A stretch of 64,000 bases of DNA from Camelus dromedarius (Eukaryota), in contig NC_087436.1 of assembly GCF_036321535.1 (NCBI RefSeq), positions 50,842,001 through 50,906,000 of the forward strand, written 5' to 3'. The notes below the pieces were generated by a model. It was given only the letters and a program-made list of their open reading frames with translations. It was not told where the DNA came from and did no database searches. This document shows, in pieces, positions 25,211 to 38,952 of the stretch. Both the position numbers and the translations under genes were made by a program. Position 1 is the first letter of the stretch, and each line of letters begins with the position of its first letter.

Positions 25211-27379
25211 TTTTAACAACAAATGTAATAATTGGTTTCATTGTGAAGATACTAAGAGTATTTTTCCAGCTCTCATTAGCTAAAACCTCAGTTGGTAAGT
25301 TCTGATTATTAAATGGCTCTCTTTGGACTAGATGGATTTACCATTAAGTTATGTTTCCTTAATATAAGTATTAAGGTCAAAACTGTGCCTCCTCCTGTTT
25401 GGTTTGACCTCCCCAAACTTCTGTCAGTGTCTCAGGCAGTATCTGTTCACGCTGCTGTAACTGAACAGTCAGGTGTCCCAGGGAACACTTGGGTACTTAC
25501 ACTTCTATGTAAAATTCGTCTTTTGTGTTTTTCCTTTGGCTTCAAATGGCATAGTGGTTTGAATACTAGAGGTTGCAATTTTTCCCTCTCTTCGTCTGTG
25601 TTTAACTTTCTATCAAAACAAGGACTTCCTGGATCTGAATGTGAAAAGCTTGCTTTTCAGGTCATTAATAAAGTTGTATAGTATATATAAATACACATGT
25701 TATTCATATGCCCATGTGGTATTTTCCTTCTGCCCCCTATTCAGCTGTGGCATTTACAACACTCTTTCAGGTTATCTGGGTAGGACAAAATCTTTTGTTA
25801 CTGAAATCAGAAATCAGACCCAGGTTTCTGCCCTCGCAGTCTGTGGGACAGTAAACTTGGGCAAACTTGCCAGAACAATGATTTGCCTCTTCATGTTTCT
25901 GGTTAGTTACATGATCAGTGGGAAAAGACCTGAACTGGAGACCAAGCCAGGGATCTTGGCTATGAATTCTGGCTTTACAAAATAAGAGTGATTGTAGACA
26001 AGTCCATCGTTTGTATGTGGAGCAAATCTTTTCTCCTCCTTCTTAATTGTGTTGATATGAGGATACAGTGAAGTAATAATGTATTTGCATACTGTAAAGT
26101 GCTATGCAGCTTTTCACAGTGGAGGGTAAGGATATTATATATTTTGGAGACTTACTTCTATAATAAGAACTTCTAAGTATGTAACTCACTAAACGCCTCA
26201 GCATAGTTTATATGAAGTTAATGGGTAGAGGTGGAGGGTGGGCTGTAAAGAGAAAATGCTACTCTCTGTCTGTTCTTTGACCCCGCACTGTCTCCATTTT
26301 AACACAAATCCCCTTTTGTGTCTGCTTCTGTCTATATCAGGCTTGGATGGGTGGACCCTTCCCCTCAGCTATCCTCTTAGCAGTATTCTACACCACCTGC
26401 CCAGTTTCCACCTGCATCTGCGGACATTCCTTCTGAGTCTCTTTATCCAGGTCAACCTCCGATTGATATGCTCCCAGCCTGAAACATAGAAAGCCCTTTT
26501 ATTTGGAGAGGTTGTATGCAGAAGGCTGATTTGTAGCCCTTGCTGGGGAGAATGGTCTGCCTTATATGATGTTGAATATTTTTGCCCTCCTCCTTCTCCC
26601 TGTCCCTAGTAAAAGATTACATAACTGAAGTTACAGACTCTTGAGTCAATATCTCCAAGGTGGTTTTCATTTTGAGCATGAGAATCTTAAGTGGTGAACA
26701 TGATACTTAAGTGAATTTATACAGATGTGGATGCTGTGATTTTATTTCTTTATCTTTTTCTGTAGTGGAAACTAAATTATCTCTGTTTTAGAAAAATACA
26801 GAGCTTAGGAAGTAATCCTTAAATGAGGACAGTTTGGCCAAGTGCTCAGGTTCTGTTCTACAAATGCTCCATTCAGAAGATCAAGTACTTCCTCTGGTGC
26901 TTGTTCTTTTTTAAAAGCTTTCATAGCCTCACACATTATAATTGACTATATTTTGCAAATACCTTTTTTTTTCTTTAAAGAAGTAGAAATCAGAAGAATT
27001 CTGCTCTGGCCACCTGTGTCACTGTCTAAATTCTGAACTGATTATCTTTAGGTTGTAAGTTCAGAAACCAGGACTTCTGAATTCATACTGGCAGAAATAG
27101 GGGTTGGCAAGTCTAACTGGAGTTTCTTAAACCTATTTATAAATATCTTTATCCGGGGGGGATAGAAAAATATATTTATCTTTCAATATATTTCCTCATT
27201 CTTTATAGTTATTACATTTAAACACAGTGGTAGGTTCAGAGATATTTTGGAGAAGCTTCAAGAGTAACTATTGCGTTGCTTCAGTGTAATATGCTTTTAA
27301 AGAGTAAAGGAACATAATTAGGCTTTGTGGTCTTAGAACATTTGTGCCAAGTTTAACTATGCCCAGGTTGACAGATTAG

Positions 27380-27885
27380 TTGCTGTATTATCTATTGCTG
27401 TGTAACAATTATATCAAAACGTACCAGTTTAAAATAACATTTATTATCACAGTTTCTGTCAGTCAGGAATGTAAGTGTGGCTTAGCTGGAAACTTCTGGC
27501 TCAAGGTCACTCAGGAGATTACAGTCAAGCTGTGGACCAGGGCTTCAGTCATCTTAAGGCCGGACCAGGCCTGCCTAAGTTCACCCATGTGGTTATGGGC
27601 AGGCCTCTGATGGGCTTCCAGGCTCACTCACGTGGGACTTTCTACAGAGCTGCCTCACAGCCTGGCAGCTGGCTTCCCCCTTGGCCAATAGAGAGTTGAG
27701 AGAGAGCACCCAAAACAGAAGGTGCAGTCTCTTTTATTACCTAATTTTGGAAGGGCCATCACCCCTGCGGTGTTCTGTTGGTTAGAAGTGGTTCCCTAGG
27801 ACTAATCCATACTCAAGGGGAGGGGGTTACACAAGGGCATGAACACCAGGAAGGGGTCATTGTAGGTCATTTTAGATGCTGTATA
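27380..27885 (-). mobile_element. MLT1-type MaLR LTR
   Basis: tatctattgctgtgtaacaatt...tttattatcacagtttctgt...gggcatgaacaccagg. Confidence 0.7.
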
Positions 27886-27902
27886 TGAGACACACACACA
27901 CT

Positions 27903-28272
27903 ATTACGGACTTAATTGTCCCACCCTGGTATGTATATTTAATCTTAACCCTCACTAGGTCAAAATATCACCCTCTTTGGAGATGAGGCCTTTAACGAGG
28001 TGATTAAGTTAAATGAGACCATTCAGATTGGTCCTAACCCAGTATGATTGCTGTCCTTATAAGAGGAGGAAATTTGGACAACAGAGGGAGATGCTAGGGA
28101 TGTGTGTGCTCAGAAAAGGCTCTGTGAGGGCACTGTGAGAAGGCGGAAACCAAACCTGCCAACACCTTGATCTGGGGCTTCCCAGCCTCCAGAACTGTGA
28201 GAAAAGTAATTTCTATTGTTTAAGCCACCCAGTGTGCGGTATTTTGTTGTGGCAGCCTGAACACACTAATAT
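27903..28272 (+). mobile_element. MLT1A/B/C-type MaLR solo LTR ending ~95 bp before exon 5
   Basis: cagcctccagaactgtgagaaaagtaatttctattgtttaagccacccagtgtgcggtattttgtt is an MLT1 3' end. Confidence 0.8.
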
Positions 28273-28292
28273 ACACATGCATAAAATTTTAA

Positions 28293-28559
<267 letters not shown>

Positions 28560-28580
28560 TAATTTGAATATAGAGATACA

Positions 28581-28789
28581 CAGTTGGCCCTTGAGCAGCA
28601 TGGTTTGAACTGTGCAGGTTTACTTATATGCAGAATTTTTTCAAGAAATACTGCCGTATTCGATCTGAGGTCTGTTGCATCCACGGATTTGGAACTGCGG
28701 ATCTGGAGGGCTGACTTTGAGCATCAGTGGATTTTGGTACCACCAGTGGGTCCTGGAATGAATCCCCTGTGGATACTGAGGGATGACTG
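28581..28789. mobile_element. Tigger2/MER8-family MITE
   Basis: Ends CAGTTGGCCCTTGA... and ...GAGGGATGACTG form imperfect TIRs; TA on the right flank. Confidence 0.75.
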
Positions 28790-30746
28790 TAGTTTTCAGA
28801 AACGTATTTTTTAAAATTTATGGCACATTAAGTTCATAAAAGTGAAAAATATATACAAACTGATTCGTCATGAAAATTTACTACATAAAACAGGTTGGTA
28901 GGTGGATACCTTTTAAAGTATTCTGCAACATAAAAAATGAGAGAAAGCAAGCAAGCAAGCAGGCAGCTCTGAGTTGTCTGAGCTGAATATTCTTTCTTAA
29001 AAGAACTGGGGCTCCTAGCTGTTACTTCTTTTTGCTGCCTCTGTAGTCATTTTCCCAACTCCTTGGTGCTGAGTTCTTGGTTTGCACAAATCAGTGGGCT
29101 GACTTCCTAGCCCTGCACATCTTCTGCTCTGAAGGCCATGACACACCAGCCTTGTTAAGAGGTGAAAGTAAACTGAAAGGTAAACAAGGCATCTCATCAG
29201 CTAAAGAAAATAACTTTTTTCACTTGAAGGGAGCACTGAAGAAAAACTCAGAAACCTCACCGATGTCGATGAACTGGTTAAAAGCTGGTCAAATATTTGT
29301 TGAGTTCTTTGCCCAGCACTGTGTGTTTTTGGTGTAGAAAGAAATACGATGTGTTTACTCATCCCTGCACATTGGTTGGGGTGGGGAAGGGAGACAGAAC
29401 AATTACCAAACCAAACTAGATTGTCTCATAGTCTTTGGGATGGGAACCCCAGTAGTTCAGAAAATCAAAGATCAAAGGATTTGAGAAGTGTGGGAAATCA
29501 GGGTAACGGTGGAGGCAAGCGGGATTTTAGATGCCAGGTCACGATGCTCAGTCTAATTACGTGCAGGCCTAACTAGATGAAATCTGTAAACAAGTACGTG
29601 GTGTGTCCCTGCCAGAGTTCTTTTGTCTTTTGGGCCCTGGTGACTGTGGATTGTGCTTCAGTGGAACCAGATCTGTGTTTTCTAAAGGCAGAAGACAAAA
29701 GCAAATCAGAGATGTTTGATAATTGAGGAGGCTATCAGGTGCTGCTGGCATTTTTAAATGTTAAGAAGGCATTAGAAGTTCTAATGTAAATTGCACATAC
29801 AAATGTGGCAGTTTAGAGCTTTCTAGTTCTTAAACTGTTCTTCAGAGGCTCAACCCGAACTGAGCTTTGCTGCTATAATCAAATAATGGTTCATTTACCT
29901 TCATCTCCACCGATAATTTTTCTCAGGTATATATAATAAAATCTGTTGTAAGAGGGGTCTGATTTTACCAAAAGTTACTTTTTTAATAGTTTTCAAGTTT
30001 AATCAGTGTTTTAGGTGGTTTGCCAAAAAATGCTATGAGTTCCAGGTATCCTGATATCTGAAAAAATTTAAATAACACTGCTGTAGTTTAATTTAAAATT
30101 TTGAATATGGAGCTAAACATTTCTCCTTTAATCATTAGGGCTCAGTTTATTAGCCATTAGTGACTGGGTGAATTTTATTTGAATTAAATAAATTTAAGCG
30201 ATGCTTAAGATTTAATTTAGATTCTTTGTAATCAATTACCCACATCAGTTGTATTTTTGATGTTTTGTGACTATGATATATTTTGTACTTAACAGAGAGA
30301 AAAATGTTTCCTGTTCAGAAGATGTGTTCTATGTATATTAAACAGTAATTCTTTTATTTCTGATTAATTTTATAGATTTCAGTTTGGTTACTTGATGTAA
30401 TAAAAAAATTGCAGCATAAACTTACAAAAGCATTAGGAGAGGAACTTCCTTTAGGAGTTTTTTTTGGATTTTTTTTTTTTCAGTTTGTATTTGGAAGAGA
30501 GTAATCATCACTGAAATCAATAGAAATTTAAAAGTTGAAGAATAATGGAGAATAAACTAGTATATTCGGGATACTTTTTGCATTTATTTGGTACATGCTA
30601 TGAGGCAGGCATTTTGAGAGTTATGAAACATTTTAAAAAATGATTAATTCATAATCAAAAACATAATACAATTTTTATCTAAAATCAAATACTGAATTAA
30701 TTTTTAAAAAAGTTAAGTGTGATATGAGGTTAGTCAAAACTAATGC

Positions 30747-30920
30747 GGGGGAGGGTATAGCTCAAGTGGTAGAGCACATGCTTAGCATGCACGAGGTCCC
30801 GGGTTCAATCCCCAGTGCCTCCACTAAAATAATAAATAAATAAACTTACTACACCCCCCCCCCCAAAACCTTTAAAAGAAAGGACTGCATGAAATTAAAA
30901 AAAAAATACAGAAAAAAAAA
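30747..30920 (+). mobile_element. tRNA-Ala(AGC)-derived camelid SINE (Vic-1-like), well preserved head
   Basis: A box TAGCTCAAGTGG, B box GGTTCAATCC, TT-AGC-AT anticodon loop, then (TAAA)n, C-run and A-rich tail. Confidence 0.9.
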
Positions 30921-33900
30921 CCTCATGCAAGCAGTGGCTAATCTCTGTGTAATAGTACCACAGATAGTTTGTATTTTATTCTTCTAAATTTCTGTACTGA
31001 GCCTGTATTGTTTCCACAGTAAGGGAAGAAAGTAGATAAACTAATCTATCTAGTAATTTCAGCCAAATCATTATGAAAGGCTGAACTAATTTAACTTTGT
31101 GGCACTTTCTGCCTATTGAGGCTAGAAGAAAATAACCTTTTTGCTTTTCCAAATATTCAGTTTATTTCTTAATTTAAAATTAGTGACTTTACCCCTAAAG
31201 ATCAAACCATAGTTCTCCTATTTAATTGTACACAGTATGACAGAAAAAAGGCTTTTAGACTTTTAAAAATTAACTTGAAATTTTTGTGAATTAGTTTTCT
31301 TTATACATGTGTTTTTCTGCATTCTTATTTCTTAGCATAATGGTTTCTAACTTCTGCACTTTTCAATATCCTGTGGTCATTTGTTTGATTTTGCCCTAAC
31401 TTCAGTTTCCTAAGTGACTTCATATATTCTTAATGTTTAAAGCAATAAAAACAGATTTATATTTGAAAAAAATACTGAGGTCAAAGGAAAACGAGAATTA
31501 TTCCCGTTATCTCTTAGGCTCTTGTCATTTATCTGGGTTTTAAGAGATAGCAATTCATTGGTGTGACCTTCTTTAAAACCTCCTTAGAAAATACTTATTT
31601 GAATGTATGTATGTGTGTGTTTAAGAGAGACAGAAGCAGAAACAGAGAGACAGAGAGACATGTATTCATTTACTGACCATCTCCATGCTAGGTCTTTCAT
31701 GTTGTAACCTGATGTGAATTGTTCACATTAGGCCCTAAAATTTGTTAGGGGTAGGGGATGGCTGTCTAGTTTATGAGCTTTTCCTAAGGTTACATAAACA
31801 TATTAAGTCCAAGTATGTAGTAAGTACATTCTGATGAAACACTACATTGTTTAATCTTCTATCATAGAAAAAAATAGCATTTTTCAACATATGACTCTTC
31901 CTCTTCAGCTAAGGTGAGCTGTGGATCTTGGACTTGGACTTGGGCACTTCCATTCCTCAGAGATGCTGCCTTCTGTGACCCACATTTACTTGCTGCCCTT
32001 AGCCTAAAGCACCCCTTCCTTCATTCTCGAAGAACTAGCCTTTGAGTTGGAGGAGTGGGTCAAGCTTTCAGCATGACCCTGACCTGCCCAACAGAGAGGC
32101 CTGTGTTGAAGGTCATTGTAGCCCTTTGTTTACGGCTTAATACAGAGAATACAGTGTTACAATTTTGCAAAAGATTTGTCAGTCTTGTTTAGTGCATTGT
32201 TTGATGCATTCATTTTTTTTTCTTGCATTCATTCTGAATCACTTTTTCATTCATCTTTGAATTACATTACCCATAAAATGATAGTCTTCACCCTTGGAAA
32301 TATATTTTGAGGTAGGTAGGTTGCTTGAATAATCTCGTCTGATTAGGAGATTGTTGTACGGTTGATATTTTTTCTCTGGAGTTTACAAATGTATCCTTGT
32401 TTTGGTGTGGGGGGTTGGATTTTGCTTTGTATCTGTTTTGCCTTGATTTTATCTTTGAGGATTTTTGTCCTGCTGAGTAGGCAAGGAGAACTTGCTGCTT
32501 GATAAAGAAGGGGAAAACAGCTGTTGTAACTAACCGTGCGCCTGCTTTACTGGCTTATGCAAGCTGTTAGCTCTTTGAAAAGCAGCTACTAAAGTCTGTC
32601 CTCCACTTCTGCAGGAGCACCGGATAATATCCTGCATTTGAGCTTAAATATTCTGTGGCCTGGTCATTTCAGCTGCTTGTCGTTGCTGTTCCTTCAAATG
32701 CACACGACTCCCGTTTCACTGCAGCTTTGCATCACCTATGAAAGATGCAAGAAGAGTGGGTAAAAGGAGCTGGGAGGAGCTCAGCAGGGCGAAGCTCATT
32801 GAGGCAGCTGTCCTTGAATAGCACCCCCCCCCCCCCCGGCGAGATGAAGCATCCTTTTCATCTTACATAAGCAATATACCAGCATTTGCAGATCCATCCC
32901 ATGCTGACCTGAATGTTCTTCCATGTCCCTGCTGGTTCTTAATCCTCCTAAATGCCATCCTGTATTCTTAACTGTGACCTTTGGGTGTATTTTGCTTCTT
33001 TATGTAGATTCAGCATCTCTGGGACTGGGGTATAATTTATAGGGCCTGTCAAGTTTCACAGACAGTAAAGATTCAAGAAATAGATTTCCGCTGTTTGACA
33101 GAAATGCTCACATAACTGTTGTGATGCCCTTATCAGATAGTTAGGTTACAGCGATGGCATTTTGACAAAAGGAGGAACTGTGGCCCCATGTAATTATGCA
33201 TTTAGTGGAGGGTCAGACACATTCTTTATATTTGTAGATTTCAGTGTTCTTTCTTTTTTACAAAGACTCTCATGTTAAGAGGCTAACATTGTTACAGTCC
33301 CTTGAAGCTTTGTTTCACATTACCCGTATTTGCCATTTGGACTTGGGACCCTGAAGGACAAAAAGCATCTTTGCTTTTGGTCTTCCTTATTGTTCATATC
33401 CAAATTTCAATCTGTGTGTGTCTGCTAGTGTCTTCCTTTTTGATCTGCACATCTGTGAGAGATGCATGGAAGGTGCAGAGCACTGGCATCAGGAAACCTG
33501 GGCCCTTGTCCTGTCCACCTGCTCCGGAGGTTTTGAGGTGGGTTCTGCAGCCAGGACCTCAGAAACCTCGTCTACAAAGTGACTAGCTCGCCTGGTTCCT
33601 TCTGCCTCCTGCATCCCATGGTTCCTTCCCTGTGTTTGTAAATTACAGCAGTCATTACAACCTAGTGAAGGTGTAAGTGTGGAGGAACCCAGCTCTTCTT
33701 GAAGCTAGGTATATGACTGAATGTAGACACTGATACTTGAGGCTTAGTGACCATCAGTTAAAGCAAGGCTTAAGGTGTGGTTTGATGGTAAGTCTTTCCG
33801 GTAGTTATGACACACTTGGATGAGTGTAACTCAGCCATCTTCCTGTTTTTTTACTTCCATGTCTTCTTACACTTTCCCTCCCCCTCTTAGACAACTGAAT

Positions 33901-34896
33901 TCTTATTTCCTGACCACATCTTGACAAAGAAGTAGATTATATAGGAATATAAAAGTTGTTGGCACGTTTGAGAGGATTTTACAGTTTAGCATGTTGGCCA
34001 CATCTACACAAATTGGAGTTTTCTTGAAAGACTGCGTGAAGCAGGAGCCACACATCAATCTGGGCTGCAGAGCTGGTTGCCTTTCTGCAGATTCCCATTC
34101 AAGTCAGACTCACGGTGACTTGTTCGTTTGTTTTTAAAGAAACCCCACTTAATCAGCTTTGGGAGAATCTGAAAATGGATCAGCAGCCAGAACCACATTC
34201 TCTGCCGTCCCCTGGGTTGCCTGTCTGGTCGAGGGTCTGTGAATCTGTAGTGTCTTCTGCAGGGAGCAGGACATCGTTGAGCCTCCAAGCCAGGGAAGGC
34301 CTCAACTTGTAGAGAGAGCAGGTCAGCCTGCCTGTCCACCTGGTTGGGATGAGTTCCTGTCCTGTTTGGGCCCAGAGTTGATCAGTCAGGGTGAGAAAGG
34401 ATGCAAAAAAAAACTTGGTGTAATTGGGAGGGAGACCTGGGAGGGGAGTTTGAGTCATTTAGTAATTTTTTTTTAAGTAACCTTTCTTCTTTCCTGTCCC
34501 ATCTCCAGTACTTTGTCCATTTTTGAAATGATCTTGCATTCCACCTCAGGAGAGCTGGGGTGATAGGTGTTCTTTGGGAAAGGGTAACTTGTTAGTGCTA
34601 GAAGACTTAAGCTAGGAAGCTGTGTTCTAGAAATGGGTCTTAATTTTTCAGAGGGAGCTCTCCTTAACTAGAAATAGGATTCTATATTTTAAAATTAGCA
34701 AGTGAAAAGAAGTGTCCAGGAAAATTATTATTTAAGACTCTAAATGTGCTTTGTGAACCTAAACTACTTAAAATCTCTGTGGCTTCTGGAAGGAAGCATT
34801 ATTGTCCATTTGGAAGAAGAAAAGAAGACAAAAGATGTTAGTGTAGTGTATCTGGTAATGACACAATAGACTTGTAAATCTTCATACTGGGTTTTT

Positions 34897-35025
34897 GTTT
34901 GTTTGTGGGAGGGAAGTAATTAGGTTTATTTATTTATCTATTTTTTAGTGGAGGTACTAGGGATTGAACCCAGGACCTTGTGCATGCTAAGCATGCAGTC
35001 TACCCTGAGCTATACCCTCTCCCCC
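34897..35025 (-). mobile_element. Vic-1-like SINE
   Basis: Same family as above; TSD cata(c/t)tgg(g/a)ttttt at 34883-34896 and 35026-35039. Confidence 0.9.
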
Positions 35026-35448
35026 CATATTGGATTTTTAATTCCATAACCTTCATTTTTTCATCTAGTGGCACCCCAGACAGTTAACAGGATGAACTCC
35101 AGAGGAGTGCCAGTTTACTGTAGAACTTTCCACGTGAGAAGCAATAGAAGTGGGAATTTTGCCAGTACCCTTTGGGAATTTCACCATTTGTCCTCCTGCT
35201 GGAGGCCCTTGCAGTTCTCCACTGCAGAGGAAGTGAAAGGGAACAGCAGAGGAGCCTGCTCGAACTTGGTGGTTATTGGTTGGTAGGAGATAAGACCTTT
35301 AGGTGGAAATGAAAGAAAAGTGGATTTCCAGTCAGTGCAGAGAATGACTTTCCAGTAGTCAAGCGTAGCAAAAAGGAAGGCAGAGGCTTTTGTCATTACA
35401 GATATTAGAGACAGATTAGGATGGCCTTTTAGGGGAATATTCTAAGTT

Positions 35449-36081
35449 AGGCATCAGCAAACTTTTCCTGTAAAGGGTCATGAAGTAAATATTTTTTTTA
35501 GCTTTTTGGGCCATATGGCCTTTGTTGCAGTTACTCAGCTCTGCCCTTGTAGCCCAAGGGTAACCAAAGACTGTATAACAGTGAGCATGGCTGCTGTCTG
35601 GCCTGCCCGGCTGTCAGGACAGCATACTGAGGACTGGGTGGCTTCAACCACAGAAATGGACTCCTCACAGATCTGGAAGTTGGGAAGTCCAAGATCAAGG
35701 TGCTGGTTGAATGGGTTTGTGGTGAGGGCCTGCTTCCTGGCTTGTAGATGGCCACCTTTCCAGTTATGTTCTCACCTGGTGGCAGGAGGGAGGGAGACTG
35801 AGACAGAAAGAGAGGGGGAAATTGATCTCTTCTTCTTCTCATAAGGCTGCCATCCAATCAGAATAGGAGCCCACCCTTGTGAGCTCACTTAACCTAATTA
35901 CCTCCCCAAAGACCCTATCTCTATATAGAGTCACACTGGGGGCTAGGGCTTCAGTATATGAATTTGAGGGGTGGGGATGTTACAATTCAGCCCATCGCAG
36001 CTGTGTTCCAATAAAATTTTATTTATAAAAACAGAAAGAGGTCCAGGTTTGACCCAGGGACCAGAGGTTTGCCAGCGTGTG
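35449..36081. mobile_element. MER58A hAT MITE split by an MLT1A-type LTR (35595-35999)
   Basis: MER58 halves cagcaaacttttcctgtaaaggg... and ...ctgtgttccaataaaattttattt; LTR flanked by gctgc/gctgt 5-bp TSD. Confidence 0.8.
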
Positions 36082-36339
36082 GTCTAGAGTAGATTAAACA
36101 CTCATCAGAAAGTAGGCTAGGTGATCAATCAGCATACTTCTAGTTCAGAAGTTTTGAGAATCTGTGCTGTTGTGGATAAAGACTCATCCAAAAGACATAT
36201 TTGGTGTCTGTCATAACTTGACATCATTAAAGCGAACGTTCTTCTATATAATAAGACCCCCCGCCCCCCAACCCACTGTAATAGTTGAGCACCAGTAAGA
36301 CATAGTTTTGGGGAAATTATTTGGATGAGGCTGGCATAA

Positions 36340-36580
36340 CTTAGATGTTAAGTGTACAGTCTCTAGTTTCAGACTGTCTTGGTTTATATCCAAGCTCTGC
36401 CACTTACTAGCTGTGTGAACTTGGGTAAGTTACTTAACTTCTCTGTTTTCTTATTTATAAAATGATTATAATAATAGAGTTTACCTTATAGTAATGGTGT
36501 GATGTTTAAATAAATTAATACATGTTGAGATCATAAGACAATGCCTAGCTCATAGTCAATTCTTGGTAAATGTTATCTAT
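36340..36580 (+). mobile_element. MIR SINE
   Basis: gctctgccacttactagctgtgtgaacttgggtaagttacttaacttctctg MIR core; other MIR-like copies near 16460, 18000-18440, 23160, 25800 and 63070. Confidence 0.8.
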
Positions 36581-37839
36581 TTTTATTTCTTGAGATAAAA
36601 GATAGTAAGGGAAGCCAGAGGGACTACGATTGGGAGCTAAAGTTCATGTAGCTGTCAAACATTTAGCGATATTTTAGGGAGTAAACAGCTTTGGATCAGA
36701 TTGGAATATGTACTTCTGTTTAAAAACAGTAAAAATGTGGTAAAGGGAAAACTGAGAGACGAAATATATACTTAATAGGAGAAAAGTGTCTTTAATAAAA
36801 AAAAATATGGTCGTCTTGATATATTTCACTGCATCTCAGAAAAACTGGGAGGCTCTGGGTGAATAAACTGTAAAATTGGCTGAACTGGAATAAACCTACT
36901 TCAGGCTCAGTGACCAGTATTCCGAAGGATAAATTATCCAATAAATAAAAATAGTTCTTAAGCCTGGGATTAGTTTTACTCCAGTGTGCATCAAATCCAT
37001 CTACACATTTGGCTGGTGTGAGATGTAGGTGATGAGACGTGATGTGATCATCATTAGAACAAGTCTGGTGTGGTTCCACATTCGTAAGGAATGCCAGCTA
37101 TGAAGTCTTTGGTCATCGATCAGCACACAAACTTACCTCTTCTTTCTTTTGCAGTAAAGCCACAGTTATCAATCCCCTCCTTATTTGTAGGAGAAGCTAT
37201 TCCTCAGCCGGTAGCCTTCTCTTGTCCCTTCTACAGAGAGAAAAACAAACCACTAAACAAGAACTTGCTCAGTTTCTTGCCGTGAATCATACAGACTTAA
37301 CTGCACCTGTGCCGGTCACGGCTCTTCTCCCTTCCGTGGCAGTAAAGAGTGAGACCTTCCACTGGTGCCTCTGACACCTCCCGGCTAGCCTTTTTGGGTG
37401 TGTCATCTCTCGTCTCTCCTGTGGAACCTAAAAAATAAAGCTCTGTTTTTCTGCTCCTGTCCAAAGCCTGCTTCGGCATATTGTCTTATTTAAAAACACA
37501 GCCAAAACACCAGCCCAGTCCGGGAGACATTAGACAAACCATGGGTGGTGGAGGAAGGGGTTATATGGCACATAACATAAAACTCCAGTTCAAAGCCTTC
37601 CTGGGACAGTCGGCCCTCTTCCTTAGGCAGCAGTCTCATCTTTCTTTTCTCCCATTACCTTCCTCTTTGGCCTTGCTCCCTCTTCTTTTTCTCGTCCCAC
37701 TCTCCATCCCTGGATTTTCCAAGTGGTCCTTTCCATCCTTTTCTGCACAGATAGAAGAGTCAAGCCTCTCTGCTCCTTTGCTCCTTCCATTTGCAACCTG
37801 GTATATCACTGGGCTGGGGCCTCTAGTGACATTTTAAAT

Positions 37840-38370
37840 GCAAATCTGATCATGTTATTCTTTCTGATGAAAAATCTTCAGTGGCTCCCCATTAATCAAG
37901 GGTGAAGTCACTAAACTCCTCACGTGACCCAGTGTGAGCTGGACCCCATTTACCTCCACTGTCATGCTGACCTCTCTCATCAGTTTCATCATTCCTCAAG
38001 TCCCTGTTGCGGCATTGCTCTTTCTCACGGCTCTTCACACGTGCCTTTTGCTGTGCCTGGAATGCTTGTCTTCCTCTGAACTTAGCTAAAGCGTCCTTCT
38101 GGGCTCAGCTAGATGTGGCTTTTTCGTAAAGGCCTTTCCGTCACCCTCTGTAAGTTCGGTGTCCTTCCCTCCTTTGATTATTTATTTAACTGCCGTTTAG
38201 TTCTCCCATCCTAGTATTATCACACTTTTGCGCTTGTCCATATCCCATTAGGCTCGTAGCCCCTGCGGGCAGGGGCCTTGTTTATTTATCCTGGTCACTG
38301 TTTAAGCCCCATCACTTAGCAAACTGCATGGCACGAAGATGGTTCTCAGTAAATATTTCTTGGATAAATA
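37840..38370 (+). mobile_element. L2 3' fragment
   Basis: aatcttcagtggctccccatt...tgcctggaatgct...ctcagtaaatatttcttggataaat. Confidence 0.65.
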
Positions 38371-38776
38371 ATCTACATTTAAAATGTGTATTTTTTTTCA
38401 CAATTTGATTAATTCTGATATATCTAAGTTTATCCCTTAGTATTAAAACCTCAATATTTTTCTTTATCAAAAGGAGCAAGTGTGTATCCACCTTATGTTA
38501 TCTTTTCATTGGTAATTTTCTACTTGTGCCCTATTTATAAAGTTTTTGTGACTTAACAATTGTGACATTTTTAGAGTGGATGTATATATAAACTACTTAA
38601 TTTTAGTTATTCTTCAGGATGAAGGACTGAACATTAAAAGACAGTTTTCACTGAACTTCGGATCATGATAGCGTTTGTGAAGCTCTTAGTCGTTTAGAAG
38701 CTGCTTTGGTCTTTTTCTCAATGAATCCTGCGTAATATATGTGTGTATTTTTTCCCTTTTTATCTTTATGCTTTAG

Positions 38777-38952
38777 ATGACCGTACCCAGGAGTGGAATC
38801 TTGAAATAGAGTCTTCTTTTGATGTTGTCAGTTCAAAGCCAGTTTCTGGCCAAGTGATTGTAGCCATCCCTAAACTGCAAACACGGCAGACGCACGGCAT
38901 TAAACTTCAGCATGGGGAAAGGATTGTTAAGCTCTTTGTGAAAATTAACAAG
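38777..38952 (+). CDS. MANBA: MANBA exon 6 (176 nt; [18 protein letters not shown]...KLFVKINK)
   Basis: Acceptor ctttag|AT, donor AAG|gtgaac; phase consistent; overlaps ORF 38743..38988. Confidence 0.96.

Noticed and set aside
30747..30823. Possible genuine tRNA-Ala(AGC) gene
   Set aside because: Followed by the SINE tail rather than a T-run terminator, and four related TSD-flanked copies exist in the window
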